A stretch of DNA of 64,000 nt from an uncultured Gemmatimonadaceae bacterium. Lineage in GTDB: Bacteria > Gemmatimonadota > Gemmatimonadetes > Gemmatimonadales > Gemmatimonadaceae. Positions 42,656 to 54,692 of the stretch are shown piece after piece. The notes below the pieces were generated by a model. It was not told the DNA's origin, ran no database searches, and saw only the letters and a program-made list of their open reading frames with translations. A program made the position numbers and the translations under genes. How positions within the stretch are numbered: position 1 is the first letter of the stretch; every line of letters starts with the position of its first letter. The stretch lies in assembly GCA_963843845.1 (NCBI GenBank), contig CAWJMB010000002.1, positions 416,001-480,000 of the forward strand, in the 5' to 3' direction.

Positions 42656-45042
42656 CGACCGCCCAGCAGATCCGCCATGATCCACAGCCACCGGCTCGCC
42701 GAGTGGACCCAGACTTCCTTGTAGACATACATGTTCTGCCCGGACCAGTAGGGCAGGTCCGTGTCGCCGCGGCTCTGCATCCCGACCGGGAGCGAGCCGA
42801 CGAAGTCGCCCGACGAGACGCTGTACTGCTGCGACCAGTCGTAGCCCTCGCCGTACATCGTGCTCTGCGCGAACGGGTTGCGGCCGACGACCCACTGCGC
42901 CTGGGCCTGCGCGAGCGCCGTGAGCGCGCTGTCGCCGCGCAGGCGGGCGGCGGTCGACAGCGCCTTCGCCTGCGACAGCAGCACGCCGTAGTTGCCGCGC
43001 CGCGCGAACCAGACGGGGAACGCGCGCAGGTGCCAGCCGTCGCCTAACGGAACGCCGGCCCGCACCTGCGCCTCGTACGACTCGCGCGTCGCGCCGTGCA
43101 GCGCGCCCGAGTCGGGGACTTCGCGCGCGCCGTCCCCCTCGCGATAGACGTACGCCGGCAGCACCCCCCACGGCGCCGTCGTCGTCGCGCTCCGCGCCTG
43201 GTACTCGGCGTAGCGCGCGACCGCGGTCTCCCAGCTCTTACGGTCGGCGTGGGCCGGGAACGTCTCGATCAGCTGCGCCAGCGCGACGATCGGCGCCTGG
43301 TCGTTGCCGCGGTGGAACTGGTGGAACAGCGTGTCGCGCGCCGGGCCGGTCCAGAAGAAGCCGCCTAACGGAAACGCCGACCCGACGGCGCGCGGCTGCT
43401 GCGACGCGACGACGACACGGGCGAGCGAGGCGGCGGTGTCGGCGTAGCGCCGCTCGCCGGTCGCGCGGTACAGCTCGACCGAGGCCGTGACGCCGATCGA
43501 CGCGAGCTCCATCTGCGTCGCCGCGAACGCCGGCGTGTGCCGCGTCGCCGCGCTCTCGACGCCGCGGATCGCGTGCTCCCAGTCGGCGATGGACACCGCG
43601 AGGCTCCGCCTCGCTCGTTCGGGGTCGCGCGCCTTCAGCACGCGGTACGCGATCGCTTCCGCGGCGGCCGCGATGTAGCTCGCGTTCGGGTTGACCTTCG
43701 CCTCGACCGTGCGGTCGTCCGCCGTGCCGACGACGTTGTCGGTCCACAGGTTGTGGCTGCCGAACGCGACGCGCGCGCCGTCGGGGAAGCGCACGCGCGT
43801 CGTCCAGTCGAGCCCCCACGCCGCTTCTTCGAGCAGCCGCTCGATCAGCGCCGGGTCGCCGCGCGTCGCCTCGAGCCGCTCGACGAGGGCGTACATCGAG
43901 TACACGGCCTCGCCGGTGTTGATCACGCCCTGCGACAGGTCGCCCGCGTCGTGCCATCCTCCGCTCATCGTCACCCGCTGATCGCCGCGCGTCGCGAACC
44001 AGTCGAGGTGGTCGACGTCGTGCGATCCGGGGACGCCGTAGCCGCACCGATTGCCGTAGAAGAAGTTCAGCGTCTTCCACACGGTCTCGCTCCACACGTC
44101 GCGGCCGATGCGGAACGGACGCGTGCGCACGTCGCCGGCCTGCAGCACGTAGTCGCCCGGCGCGGTGACGCGCGTGAAGTCGAGCTCCTGGAACGTGCCG
44201 AGGCGAGTCGTCCGGGTGCGCACCGAGTCGCGCAGCACGACGGTGCCCAACGCGTCGTCGCTCACGCGCACGAGCTGGAACGTCGACGCGGTGAGGCCGC
44301 TGGCGAGCGCGGTCTTCGTGCTGCCCGCCTCGTAGCCGGTGTGGCTGAAGGCGAGCTTCCCGGGCGCGACGTTCCACCCGGTGTGATGATCGGGGTCGAC
44401 GCGCTGCAGCTCGACGCGGCCGATCTCGAACGCGACGCGGTCGCCGGGCGCGGCGAGCATCTTGTTCGCCCAGTAGCCGATGTCGATGCCGGTGACGCGG
44501 TCGCGCGCGAACTGGTCGATCTCCCACACGACCTGCTGCCAGCCGTCGTGCTCGAGGGTGACGAGGTGGATCCCCTCGCGCCCGTAGCGGTCCGGCACCT
44601 TCTCGGCGCCGTCGTTGTGCAGCACGAGCTGCAACGGCACCGTCGGGAAGCCGACCGCGTCGAGCCGGATCCACATCGACAGCCGGGTGAACTCGCGCCA
44701 GTCTTCGTTCGCGACCGCGCGGCGGAGGTTCACCGTCGGCAGCCGGTTGCGCCCTGCCGTCGGCGGCTCGGTGAACAGCGTCATCTCGACGCGCGCCGCC
44801 CGCAGATCGCCGAGCCTCGGCTCGGTCGGAAACGTCAGGCGGCCGTCGCCGGTGAAGCGCCACGTCGACGGCCGCGTCATGTCGTCGAGCACGCGGCTCG
44901 CGCGCACCGTCTTGGCGAGCCACGCGTACTCGGCCGATCGCGTGTGGTCGATCGGGAGCAGCGATCGCGGCGCCTGGCCGCGTGCCGCGCCCGCCGTCGA
45001 GATGCAGAGAGCCGCCGTCGTCAGCCGTCGGATGGTGCGCAT
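42652..45042 (-). CDS. Secreted glycoside hydrolase family 9 protein
   Basis: Ig-like N-terminus FSHTGY...KTA; FFYGNRCG; SGGWHDAGD; WVVGRNPF. Confidence 0.85.
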   Translation of the reverse strand: MRTIRRLTTAALCISTAGAARGQAPRSLLPIDHTRSAEYAWLAKTVRASRVLDDMTRPSTWRFTGDGRLTFPTEPRLGDLRAARVEMTLFTEPPTAGRNRLPTVNLRRAVANEDWREFTRLSMWIRLDAVGFPTVPLQLVLHNDGAEKVPDRYGREGIHLVTLEHDGWQQVVWEIDQFARDRVTGIDIGYWANKMLAAPGDRVAFEIGRVELQRVDPDHHTGWNVAPGKLAFSHTGYEAGSTKTALASGLTASTFQLVRVSDDALGTVVLRDSVRTRTTRLGTFQELDFTRVTAPGDYVLQAGDVRTRPFRIGRDVWSETVWKTLNFFYGNRCGYGVPGSHDVDHLDWFATRGDQRVTMSGGWHDAGDLSQGVINTGEAVYSMYALVERLEATRGDPALIERLLEEAAWGLDWTTRVRFPDGARVAFGSHNLWTDNVVGTADDRTVEAKVNPNASYIAAAAEAIAYRVLKARDPERARRSLAVSIADWEHAIRGVESAATRHTPAFAATQMELASIGVTASVELYRATGERRYADTAASLARVVVASQQPRAVGSAFPLGGFFWTGPARDTLFHQFHRGNDQAPIVALAQLIETFPAHADRKSWETAVARYAEYQARSATTTAPWGVLPAYVYREGDGAREVPDSGALHGATRESYEAQVRAGVPLGDGWHLRAFPVWFARRGNYGVLLSQAKALSTAARLRGDSALTALAQAQAQWVVGRNPFAQSTMYGEGYDWSQQYSVSSGDFVGSLPVGMQSRGDTDLPYWSGQNMYVYKEVWVHSASRWLWIMADLLGGR

Positions 45043-45187
45043 GACCGACACGATACGGCGGCGGACGTCACTCCCGCCACAGGGCGTCGCGGAGGTCGCG
45101 GCGTCCCCTCCACAGGCGGCGCGCGCCGCATAGTTTCTCGACGAGACGAGTATCTCGCTCGCGACCTGTCGCTCCAGAGGAGTTCGC

Positions 45188-48100
45188 ATGACGCCCGTAC
45201 CCGACCTGGCCCACGCGCGCCGCACGTCCCACGCCCACCACACGCGCCGCGCGCTCGCCGGCACGCTCACTCTCATCGCGGCCGCCGTGCCGTTGGGCGC
45301 GCAGGCCCCCGGTGCGACACGGGCGGCGCCCGCCGCCCCCACGGTCGCCGCGACGTTCGACTCGGCCGCGTTCGGCGCGCTCAAGTGGCGTGAGCTCGGC
45401 CCCGCGCGCGGCGGGCGGTCGGTCGCCGTCGGCGGGAGCGTGCAGCGGCCGAACGAGTACTGGATGGGCACGACCGGCGGCGGCGTGTTCAAGTCGACCG
45501 ACGGCGGGCTCAACTGGGAGCCGATGTCCGACAAGTACTTCGGCGGCACGATCGGCGCGATCGCCGTCGACCCGCTGAACCCGGACGTCGTGTACGTCGG
45601 CGGCGGCGAGACCGACATCCGCGGCAACACGGCGCCCGGCGACGGCTCGTGGAAGACGAGCGACGGTGGCAAGACGTGGACGAAGCTCGGCTTCGACAAG
45701 GACTACGTGTCGACGATCCGCGTGAACCCGACGAACTCGCAGATCGTCTACTTCGGCGTGTTCGGCCGCGTGTTCGCGTCGAGCGCCGACCGCGGCGTCT
45801 ACAAGTCGACCGACGGCGGGCGCACGATGCGCAAGGTCCTGTTCGTCGACGATTCGACCGGCGCGATCGACATCGCCATGGACCCGTCGAACCCCGACGT
45901 CCTCTACGCGGCGATGTGGCAGGCCTACCGCACGTCGTGGTCGATGTCGAGCGGCGGGCCGGGCTCGGCGATCTACAAGAGCACGGACGGCGGCGCGACG
46001 TGGACGAACCTGATGAAGACCGCGCGCGGGCTGCCGACCGGCATCATCGGGAAGATGGGCGTGACCGTGTCGCCCGCGAAGCCGAGCCGAGTGTGGGCGC
46101 TCATCGAGCACGACTCGGGCGGCATGTACCGCTCGGACGACGCGGGCGCGACGTGGTCGTACATCAACCGCGACCGCAAGCTGCGGCAGCGCGCGTGGTA
46201 CTACTCGATGATCCTCGCCGACCCGCGCGACACGAACATCGTCTACGCGCTGAACGTCGGCTTCTTCCGGTCGCGCGACGGCGGGCGGACGTTCCCCGAG
46301 TCGCTCAACCCGCCGCACGGCGACAACCACGACCTGTGGATCGCACCGAACGATCCCACGCGGATGGCCGAGGCGAACGACGGCGGCGTGACGGTGTCGA
46401 CGAACCGCGGTGCGACGTGGACGGACGTCGATTTCCCGACGGCGCAGTTCTATCACGTCACGACGACGAACGAGTTCCCGTACCACGTCTGCGGCGCGCA
46501 GCAGGACAACTCGACGCTGTGCGGCCCGAGCCGGAAGCCGGGCGGGGTGCAGCTGTCCGACTGGTACGACGTCGGCGGCGGCGAGAGCGGCTACATCGCG
46601 ACGCACCCGACGCGGCCGGACATCGCGTTCGCCGGCAGCTACGGCGGGCTGCTGACGCGCAAGGATCGCAGGACCGGCTTCGAGCGCAACGTGACGGTCT
46701 ACCCCGACAACCCGATGGGGATCTCGTCGGAGGACCTCAAGGTCCGCTTTCAGTGGACGTATCCGATCGTGTTCTCGCGCCACGATCCGAACGTGCTGTA
46801 CGCGGGCGGCAACTTCCTCTACCGCTCGACGAACGAGGGGCAGAGCTGGACGCGCGTCTCGCCCGACCTGTCGCGTCACGACCCGCGCACGATGGGACCG
46901 TCGGGCGGTCCGATCACGACGTGACCAGACGGGCGTCGAGACGTACGGCGTCATCTTCACCTTCGACGAGTCGCCGCGGCAGCGCGGGCTGCTCTGGGCG
47001 GGCACCGACGACGGCTACGTCTGGGTGTCGCGCACCAACGGCGTGACCTGGAAGAACGTGACGCCGAAGGACATCGGCGACTTCACGCGCATCTCGATCG
47101 TCGAGCCGTCGCCGTTCGACGCGTGCGGCGCCTACGTCGCGGCGAACCGGTATCAGCTCGACGACGAGCGCCCGATCCTGTACAAGACCACCGACTGCGG
47201 CGCGACGTGGACGAAGATCGTCAGCGGCATCCCGGCCGACGAGTTCACGCGCGTCATCCGCGCCGATCCCGTTCGGCGCGGGCTGCTCTTCGCCGGCACC
47301 GAGCGCGGCGTGTGGGTGTCGTTCGACGACGGCGGGAGCTGGCAGACGCTGCGCCGCAACCTGCCGCGCGTGCCGGTGCACGACCTCACCATCAAGGAAG
47401 GCGATCTCATCGCCGCCACCCACGGCCGCTCGTTCTGGCTCATCGACGACCTCTCGGCCATCCGGCAGATGACGCCGATCACGGTCGCGAAGAACCACCT
47501 GTACAAGCCGCGCGACACCTACCGCACGGACTTCGGCGGCGGCTTCGGCGGTGGGGGCGGGGCGAGCAACGCGCCGCCGTCCGGGGTGATGGTGCAGTAC
47601 AACCTCACGCGCCCCGGCCAGACGGTGACGCTCGAGTTCATGGACGTGTTGGGCAAGACCATCCGCTCGTTCACGAGCGAGCAGGACCCGGCCGTCGCAG
47701 CTGACAGCGCGAGCCGCGAGACGCGCATCGCGACGTTCATGCGCTCCGGCATCTCGCGCGACTCGGCGACGCGGCTGTCGCGCGTGCCGCAGCCGGGCGG
47801 GCCGGACGCGGGGCAGATCGACCTCGAGGCGCGCATGGCGCAGGGACCGCTGCCGCCGCGGGTGCCGAACGCCGCCGGGCTCAACACCTTCTCGTGGAAC
47901 CTGCGCTATCCGGACGCCGAGCGGTTCGCGGGGCTCATCATGTGGGCCGCGAGCACGAGCGGCCCCATCGCGCCGCCGGGGACGTACTCGGTCCGCATGC
48001 GCGTGAACGGCGACGAGGCGCAGACGCAGACGTTCGTCGTCAAGAAGGACCCGCGCTCCGAGGCGACGCTCGCCGACCTCACGACGCAGTTCCGGCTGCT

Positions 48101-48599
48101 CGTCAAGATTCGCGACCGCTTGACGGCGGCGAACAACGGCGTCAAGACCGTGCGCAACCTGCGCTGGCAGACGAAGGACCGCGGGACGGCGATGCAGGGG
48201 CGCTCGCAGGAAGCCGAGTTCAAGGCCGCGGCCGAGGAGCTGATGCGGCGCGTCACGGCGGCCGAGGAGGCGATCTACCAGACGAAGAACCAGAGCAACC
48301 AGGACCCGCTGAACTACCCGATCCGGCTGAACAACAAGATCGCCGCGCTCGCCGGCGTCGTCGGCAGCACGGAGGCGCGCCCGACCGATCAGAGCGTCGA
48401 GGTGTTCACCACGCTCGACACGGCGCTGGGCGTCGAGCTGAAGCGCATCGAGGACGCGATCAGGGAGCTGCTGCCGAAGGTCAATGCCGCGCTGCGCGCG
48501 GCCGGCGTGCAGCCGATCGTGCCGTCGACGCAGGAGACGAAGCCGGGCACGCGCCCGGCGGCGGCGATGAACGACGACGTGCTGACGACCGGGAAGTGA
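45188..48599 (+). CDS. VPS10/BNR-repeat glycosyl hydrolase-like protein 1 (1-nt insertion near 46920)
   Basis: WRELGPARGGRS; many S-x-D-G-G-x-T-W Asp-boxes; ATHGRSFW. Confidence 0.9.
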
Positions 48600-48625
48600 C
48601 GCGCCCGACGGTGACGGCCGGGGCC

Positions 48626-50791
48626 TCAGCGCACGCGCCCCACCGACAGCGACACGGTGACGGCACGCGGCATCCCCGGCTCGTATGCAGCCGGGGCGCC
48701 GCTCACGAGGTCCGGGTTCAGGAACGCCGAGCCGATGTAGCGGCGGTCCGTGACGTTGCGCAGCGAGACGAAGCCGCGCACGCCGAAGCCGTTCGTCGCG
48801 ACGATCGGGCGGCGCAGCTCGGCCGTCAGGTTGAGCAAGGTGTACGACGGGACGCGCACCGCGTTCGCGTCGTCCGCGTAGTACATCGCCGAAGTACTCG
48901 CACGCCCGCCTTGAGTCGTAGCGGCGTGCCCGGTACCGCGGCACCGACCTCGACGTCGCCGAACGCGCGCGGCAGCCCGACGACGCGGTTGTCGCTGTAG
49001 TCGGCGATCGCGGCCGCGCCTTGGTCGCGTCGGTCGGGAAGATGACCGCCGAGTCGACGACGTAGTGCAGATACTTGTTGTCGCCGACCGTCAGCGCGCC
49101 GCGCATGAACAGCCCGTTGCGCGCCTCGAGCGACGCGCCCAGCTCGGCGCCCATGCGGCGCGAGCGGCCGGCCGTCAGGTAGTAGCGCCCGCCGTTGTAC
49201 GGAATGACGTCGTTCGTGACCTCGATGTCGTAGAGCGCGAGGTCATAGCCGAACGCGAGCGGCTTCGTGATCGTCGACCCGGCGAGCGACTTGAAGCCGA
49301 CCTCGTACGTCGTCGAGCGGATCGGGTCGAGCAGCGGGTTGAGCAGCGACGGCGGCGCGCCCGGCGTCGGGTCGGTCTCGTTGCCGGCCGGCACCTCGAT
49401 GCCGCCGCCGACGTTCGCGTAGACGGCGTGCGAGTCGCTGAAGCGCCAGTTCACGCCGAGCTTCGGCGACACACGCGACAGGTCGCGGCTGATCGGAGCG
49501 CACCGGCGGATTCGGCAGGAAGCTGCGGTAATTGTAGGTGACCTGGTCGTAGCGGGCGCCCAGGAGCAGCGTCAGCCGGTCGGTCACCGTCAGCTCGTCC
49601 TGCAGGAAGACGCCGAAGTTGTTCGCCCCCTCCCCCTTGTTGTCGGAGAGCGTCGTGCCGCGCCCCGCCGTCGAGGACAGCGTGTAGAACAGGATCGCGC
49701 CGTCCTGGTAGGCGTCGTCGATCCCCAGCGTGACGCGCGACTTCGTGTCGCCGAGCGTCACGTCCTTGCGCGCGACGACGTTGCCGCCGAGGTGGTAGCG
49801 CGTGAAGTCGCGGTACGTGTTGCGCTCGGAGCGCTGGAGGTACTTCGGGTTCACGTAGAGCATCGTCGACACCGACGTCGTCGAGTCGATCGCGTGCTCC
49901 GCGAACACGCCGAGTCGGCCGCCGCGATTGTAGCGGCGCTCGTCGCGCGCCAGATACGTCGCGTTCGCCTGGTCCGGGTTCGCGTCGACCTGCGCCTGCG
50001 TGAGCGGCCCCGGCACGTGCATCAGGTTGTTCGCGGCCGTGAAGGTGAAGCCGAGCCGCGTGCGTCCGAGCGTGCCGACCACACCCCCGTTCACCAGGGC
50101 GCGCCGCGCCGACGAGTGCTGGCGCCACCCCTCGAACGAGGTGTTGGTGAAGTTCGCGTAGGCCACGCCGGCACCGTTGCCTAACGGCGTGGAGGTGCGC
50201 GCCGCGTAACGCTGCAGCCCGAACGCGCCGACCATCGGCTGCAGCTCGAAGGTCTTCGGCGCGTCGAACGACGGCACGGTGATGACGTTCACGACGCCGC
50301 CCGCCGCGTTTCCCCAGACCGCCGACGCGTTCGAGCGCACGACCTCGACCGCCTCGGCCGTCGAGAGGTCGATCTGGTCGAGCGCGGTGCGGCCGTCGGG
50401 CTCGGTCTCCGTGAAGCCGTCGAGCAGGATGCGGACGCCGCGCGACGTCCCCGAGTTCGAGCGGTCGCCGGCGCCGCGCGCGCCGTAGCCGCGGATCATG
50501 AGTCGGATGTCACTCGTGCCGTAGCGCGACTGCGCGATCGACGCCCGGCACCTTGCGCAGCGCCTCGTCGATGCCGAACCCGCTCACGTTGCGCAGCTCG
50601 GTCGCCATGATCTTCGTGATGGCGAGCGGCGTGGCGAGGATCGACGACACGCTGCGTGTGGCCGTGACCGTGACCGCCGGGAGCGCCGACGTGTCGCGGT
50701 TCGCGGGACGGCCGGTGGCGTCCTGGCCCTGCAGCTCGGCCGTCGCGGCGGCCGAAGCGAGGGCGGTGAGTCCGAGCAGGGAGGCGCGCAT
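48626..50791 (-). CDS. TonB-dependent receptor (frameshifted)
   Basis: VTVTATR; IRGYGARG...GVRILLDG; GNAAGGVVN; GARYD; YEPGMPR. Confidence 0.88.
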
Positions 50792-50939
50792 GAACCAGGG
50801 ATGGGGGCGGGACGGCGACCGGAGACCACAGACTTGTACCGTGTGGCTACCGACGAGGGTAACGGAACGTTGACCGAGCGCGCGGTCGGGTCGGTGCTCG
50901 AGGCCGGTCGCGGCGGCGGCGGCGCGCACGACGTGAACG

Positions 50940-50984
50940 CGAATCGGCGCGATCCGGGCCGAAGCCACGGATCGCGCCGATTCG
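50940..50984 (-). terminator. Hairpin downstream of the LVIVD gene
   Basis: 17-bp stem CGAATCGGCGCGATCCG / CGGATCGCGCCGATTCG. Confidence 0.55.
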
Positions 50985-51021
50985 ACGGCTGACTCTTTTT
51001 CCTTCTGTCAAAACATCACGA

Positions 51022-52899
51022 TCACTTCGTCACGCGCATCCCCGCCGACGCCGCCGCGAGGTCGCGGATCGCGGACGCCATCATCCGCACCTTCGCGCCG
51101 TCCTTCGCGCCGGCGACGTCGCGGTCGACCTGCGTCGCGAGGGTGCGGAGCGACGCGGCGCGCGCCGCGCCATTCTTCGCTTCCGCGTCGGTCAGCGCCG
51201 CGTCGATCGCCGACGTGCGCGCCGAGCTCAGGCCGTTGTCGCGCACGAGCTGGTCGAGGTACGAGCGCACGACCGGGAACGCCGCCGGCCACACGATCTT
51301 CGGCTGGCTCTGCGGGTTGTACTCCGGCATCTGGACGAGCTTCGCCGCCGCGATCTCGTTCGCCGACAGGTGCTCGCTCGGCGTGAGCTCGAGGACGTCG
51401 AGGCCGCGCGCCATCTCCGACGAGTAGAGGTAGCCGTTCCAGTAGTAGGCGCCCCACGAGCCGCCGATCGTGCCGCGCTGGCGGCTGATTCCCTGCGCCG
51501 CGGCGTTCGGGCCGTCGATGAGCGGCGCGTCGGCCGGGCCGCGGTCGAAGTAGCCGATCTCGAACGGCTTGTCGGGGTCGGTGAAGTCGATGATGTTCAC
51601 GCCGCCCTGATACCACCCCTGCACCATGACGTCGCGTCCCGGCACCGGAATGAGGCCGCCGTTGTGCGACACGCAGTTCTCCTGCGCCGTCTGTGCCGCC
51701 GGGAGCTTGAAGTACGCGTGCTGCTTGTACGCGCGGTTCTTGCCGGTGCCCTCGATCGTGAGCGTCGTGTTGCCGCCCATCTCCATCATCGACGACGCCT
51801 GACACATCGGCTGCGTGCCGCCCCCCCACTCGTCGGTGAAGACGACCTTCTTGCCGGCGTTGTCGAACACCGCCGTGTGCCAGAGCGAGAAGTTCGTGTC
51901 CGCCGCCTGGCTCAGGCGGACCGGCTTCTCCGGGTTGGAGACGTCGACGAGCAGGCCGTAGCTGCCGCAGGCGCCGGCGAGCAGCCCCATCGCGGGGTAC
52001 GCCGTCACGTCGTGGCAGTTGCGCGGGCCGTTCGCCGCCGCCGCGGCCATCGCCGCCGCCTCCGGCGAGCCGGCCGCCGGCGCGTCCCCCGGGCGTCCGG
52101 CGCGCGCCGCGCCGCCGCCGCGGCGGGCCGCCGGGCCGAGTCCCGTGAAGACGCGCGCGCCCGTCACGACCTCGGCCTTCTCGGGGGCGTTGAGCGGGAC
52201 CTTGATGACGTCGAGCCGGTAGAGCGAGTTGTTCGGGTCCGCCGGGTCGGTGCCGTTGACGCACCCGGCGAGCTCCTCGGCCGAGCGCGCGCCCTGGCTG
52301 CCGGAGACGTAGAGGTAGACGACGTTCTTGTCGGTCGGGTGCGGGATGACCGTGTGCGTGTGCGAGCCCTTGCACGTCTCGACGTTCTTGATGAGCCGCG
52401 GCATGCGCGGGTTCGAGACGTCGTAGATGCGGACGCCGGTCATGTGCTCCGACGGGCTCTGCACTCCCTGCTTGCCACAGTCCTTCCGGTTGCCGCCGCC
52501 CTCGGCCGAGATGAACAGCAGGTTGCCGACGATCGACGGGTCACCCTGCGACGTGATGCACGAGACGACGGCGACCTTCTGCGGCTTCGACGGGTCGGCG
52601 ACGTCCCAGATGGAGAAGCCGGCGAAGTTGCCCTGGTACAGGTAGTGGCCGTTGCCGAACGTGATGTCGCTGTTCACGAACGTCAGCCCGCGCGCCGTGT
52701 CGAACTCGGCCGGCTTGGGCGTGAACGAGACCTGGCGCACGCCCTTCGTGGCGATGCCGGCGTCGAGGAGACCGCCTTTGAGGCCGGTGCGCGGATCGTT
52801 CGTGCTCGGATAGGTCTGCGCCGAGAGCGCGCCGGCGAGCGCGCAGAGCGCCGTGGCGCCGACGAGCGCCGAGCGCGCAATGGTACGAGTGCGTGTCAT
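51022..52899 (-). CDS. Secreted LVIVD-repeat beta-propeller protein
   Basis: Signal peptide; blades FSIWDVADPSKP, VRIYDVSNPRMP, LLVDVSNPEKP, IIDFTDPDKP. Confidence 0.88.
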   Translation of the reverse strand: MTRTRTIARSALVGATALCALAGALSAQTYPSTNDPRTGLKGGLLDAGIATKGVRQVSFTPKPAEFDTARGLTFVNSDITFGNGHYLYQGNFAGFSIWDVADPSKPQKVAVVSCITSQGDPSIVGNLLFISAEGGGNRKDCGKQGVQSPSEHMTGVRIYDVSNPRMPRLIKNVETCKGSHTHTVIPHPTDKNVVYLYVSGSQGARSAEELAGCVNGTDPADPNNSLYRLDVIKVPLNAPEKAEVVTGARVFTGLGPAARRGGGAARAGRPGDAPAAGSPEAAAMAAAAANGPRNCHDVTAYPAMGLLAGACGSYGLLVDVSNPEKPVRLSQAADTNFSLWHTAVFDNAGKKVVFTDEWGGGTQPMCQASSMMEMGGNTTLTIEGTGKNRAYKQHAYFKLPAAQTAQENCVSHNGGLIPVPGRDVMVQGWYQGGVNIIDFTDPDKPFEIGYFDRGPADAPLIDGPNAAAQGISRQRGTIGGSWGAYYWNGYLYSSEMARGLDVLELTPSEHLSANEIAAAKLVQMPEYNPQSQPKIVWPAAFPVVRSYLDQLVRDNGLSSARTSAIDAALTDAEAKNGAARAASLRTLATQVDRDVAGAKDGAKVRMMASAIRDLAAASAGMRVTK

Positions 52900-53666
52900 G
52901 GGCGGGGTGAGTTGGAAGGGCTGCGGAGCGTGCCGAGCATCTGGCGCATGGTGCCGATCTCCGCGGTCTGCGTGGTCTCGACGTCGTTCGCGAAGACGGA
53001 GACGTCGACGTCCTGGGCGGCGCGCGGGCTGGCGTACAGATCGGCGACCATCTTGAGCGCGCCTTCGTGGTGCTGGATCATGTAGCGCAGGTACAGCTCG
53101 TCGAAGTCGACGCGGCGCGCCTGCTCGAGCGAGTCGAGCTGCACGGGGGTGAGCATGCCGTTCATCACCATGCCGCGCCAGGAGCCGGTGTCGGGCGCGG
53201 CCTGCCGGTTCGCGACGAGCCACTCCTGCATGAGACGGATCTCCGCCTCCTGCGACTGGTCGATCTTCATCGCCAGCCGGAGGAGGCGCGGGCTCGCCTG
53301 CCGCCCGGCCGCGAGGCGCGACATGTAGATCGCCTGCGCATGGTGCGCGATCATCCCCTGCATGAACTCCACGTCGGCCTTCGTGTAGTTCGCGCCCGGC
53401 GGGATCGTGATCGCGATCCCCATGCTGTGGCCGGCCATGTCGTGGGCGGCCGGCGCGGCGCCGGCGGAGCGGTCCATCCCGGCCATGTCGTGACCGGCCA
53501 TGTCGTGACCGGCCGCGGCGGGCGACGATGCACTCGGCGCAGAGGCGGGTGCGCCGGTGGGCGCGGGAGTCGTCGCGGGTCGGGCCGGGGAGCAGGCCGC
53601 CGCGGCGAGGGCGAGCGCCGCCAGGGGGAGCGACGCCGCGACGCGGCGGCTGTACGGAATGGTCAC
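52896..53666 (-). CDS. DUF305 (ferritin-like) lipoprotein with His/Met-rich repeats
   Basis: AAAC lipobox; ADVEFMQGMIAHHAQA, MIQHHEGA, QTAEI; GHDMAGHDMAGM. Confidence 0.92.
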   Translation of the reverse strand: MTIPYSRRVAASLPLAALALAAAACSPARPATTPAPTGAPASAPSASSPAAAGHDMAGHDMAGMDRSAGAAPAAHDMAGHSMGIAITIPPGANYTKADVEFMQGMIAHHAQAIYMSRLAAGRQASPRLLRLAMKIDQSQEAEIRLMQEWLVANRQAAPDTGSWRGMVMNGMLTPVQLDSLEQARRVDFDELYLRYMIQHHEGALKMVADLYASPRAAQDVDVSVFANDVETTQTAEIGTMRQMLGTLRSPSNSPRP

Positions 53667-53757
53667 GAAGTGTTGGCTGCGAAGAGGGACGTACAAGATA
53701 CGCGGCGAGGCAGGCGGTTCGTTGGACCGCGCGAGCGCACGGCGCGGTCGATCGCGC

Positions 53758-54171
53758 TCAGCCGCAGCGCTCGCTCGACCGCGCCCACGCGTCGGCCGCC
53801 ATCGCCTCGAGCACCGTCATGTCCACGTCGGCGAGCCTGTTGACGTACAGGCACGACACCGCGGTCTTGTGTTTCCCGAGCCGCGCCAGCTGCGCCGCGT
53901 GTTCGCCGGGGCTCAGCAGGTACAGCGCGAGATTGCCCGCGCGGGGACTGAAGCCGATCCGCGGCATGTCGCCCTCGCGCCCGCTCTCGTAGCGGTAGTG
54001 CCGTGTGCCGAAGCCGATGATGCTCGGGCCCCACATCTGCGGCTCGACGCCGGTGACTCGCGTCATCATCGCGACCAGCGCCTGCGCGTCCTGCCGGCGG
54101 ACGTCGTTCTCGACGCCGCGCAGAAACTCGCTCACGCTCGCGCCGGTCGGCTGGGTCTTGTTCTCGGTCAT
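53758..54171 (-). CDS. DUF1801-family protein
   Basis: MWGPSIIGFG...YRYESGREGD...GFSPR...LGKHK...CLY. Confidence 0.9.
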   Translation of the reverse strand: MTENKTQPTGASVSEFLRGVENDVRRQDAQALVAMMTRVTGVEPQMWGPSIIGFGTRHYRYESGREGDMPRIGFSPRAGNLALYLLSPGEHAAQLARLGKHKTAVSCLYVNRLADVDMTVLEAMAADAWARSSERCG

Positions 54172-54629
54172 CGGGGTGCGCTCTCGGTCTCGGATCCGAG
54201 CTCCTCGGCGAGGCCGATGAGCAGTCCTTCGGGGCCGCGGATGTAGCAGAGCCGATAGGTCTCCTGATACTGAACGACCTCGCCGACGAGCTGCGCGCCG
54301 TGTCTGCGGAGTCTGGCGACCGTCTCGTCGACGTCCGTCACCGTGAACATGACGCGCAGGTAGCCGAGCGCGTTCACCGGAGCCGCGCGATGATCGGCGA
54401 CGACCGGCGGAGCGAGGAATCGTGACAGCTCGAGCCGACTGTGGCCGTCCGGGGTGACCAGCATGGCGATCTCCACGCGCTGGTGGCCCAGCCCGGTGAC
54501 GCGCCCGGCCCACTCCCCTTCGATGGTGGCTCGCCCTTCGAGCCGCAAGCCGAGCTCCACGAAGAAGGGGATGACGGCATCGAGCGAGTCCACGACGATG
54601 CCGACGTTGTCCATCCGCCTGATGGTCAT
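54168..54629 (-). CDS. VOC/glyoxalase-family protein
   Basis: RMDNVGIVV...RLELSRF...LCYIRGPEG. Confidence 0.9.
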   Translation of the reverse strand: MTIRRMDNVGIVVDSLDAVIPFFVELGLRLEGRATIEGEWAGRVTGLGHQRVEIAMLVTPDGHSRLELSRFLAPPVVADHRAAPVNALGYLRVMFTVTDVDETVARLRRHGAQLVGEVVQYQETYRLCYIRGPEGLLIGLAEELGSETESAPR

Positions 54630-54692
54630 GTCCTTCGCGCTCCTCCGTGATCGCACCGCTCGGAACACGGTGCTCGGTGACGTCTCACGAGA

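Noticed and set aside
46915..46930. TGA readthrough or selenocysteine in the VPS10 gene
   Set aside because: The protein continues in another frame (RDQTGVETY), so this is a 1-nt insertion.
50792..50940. Cobalamin riboswitch upstream of the TonB receptor
   Set aside because: No recognisable B12-box elements by eye; an Rfam scan would settle it.
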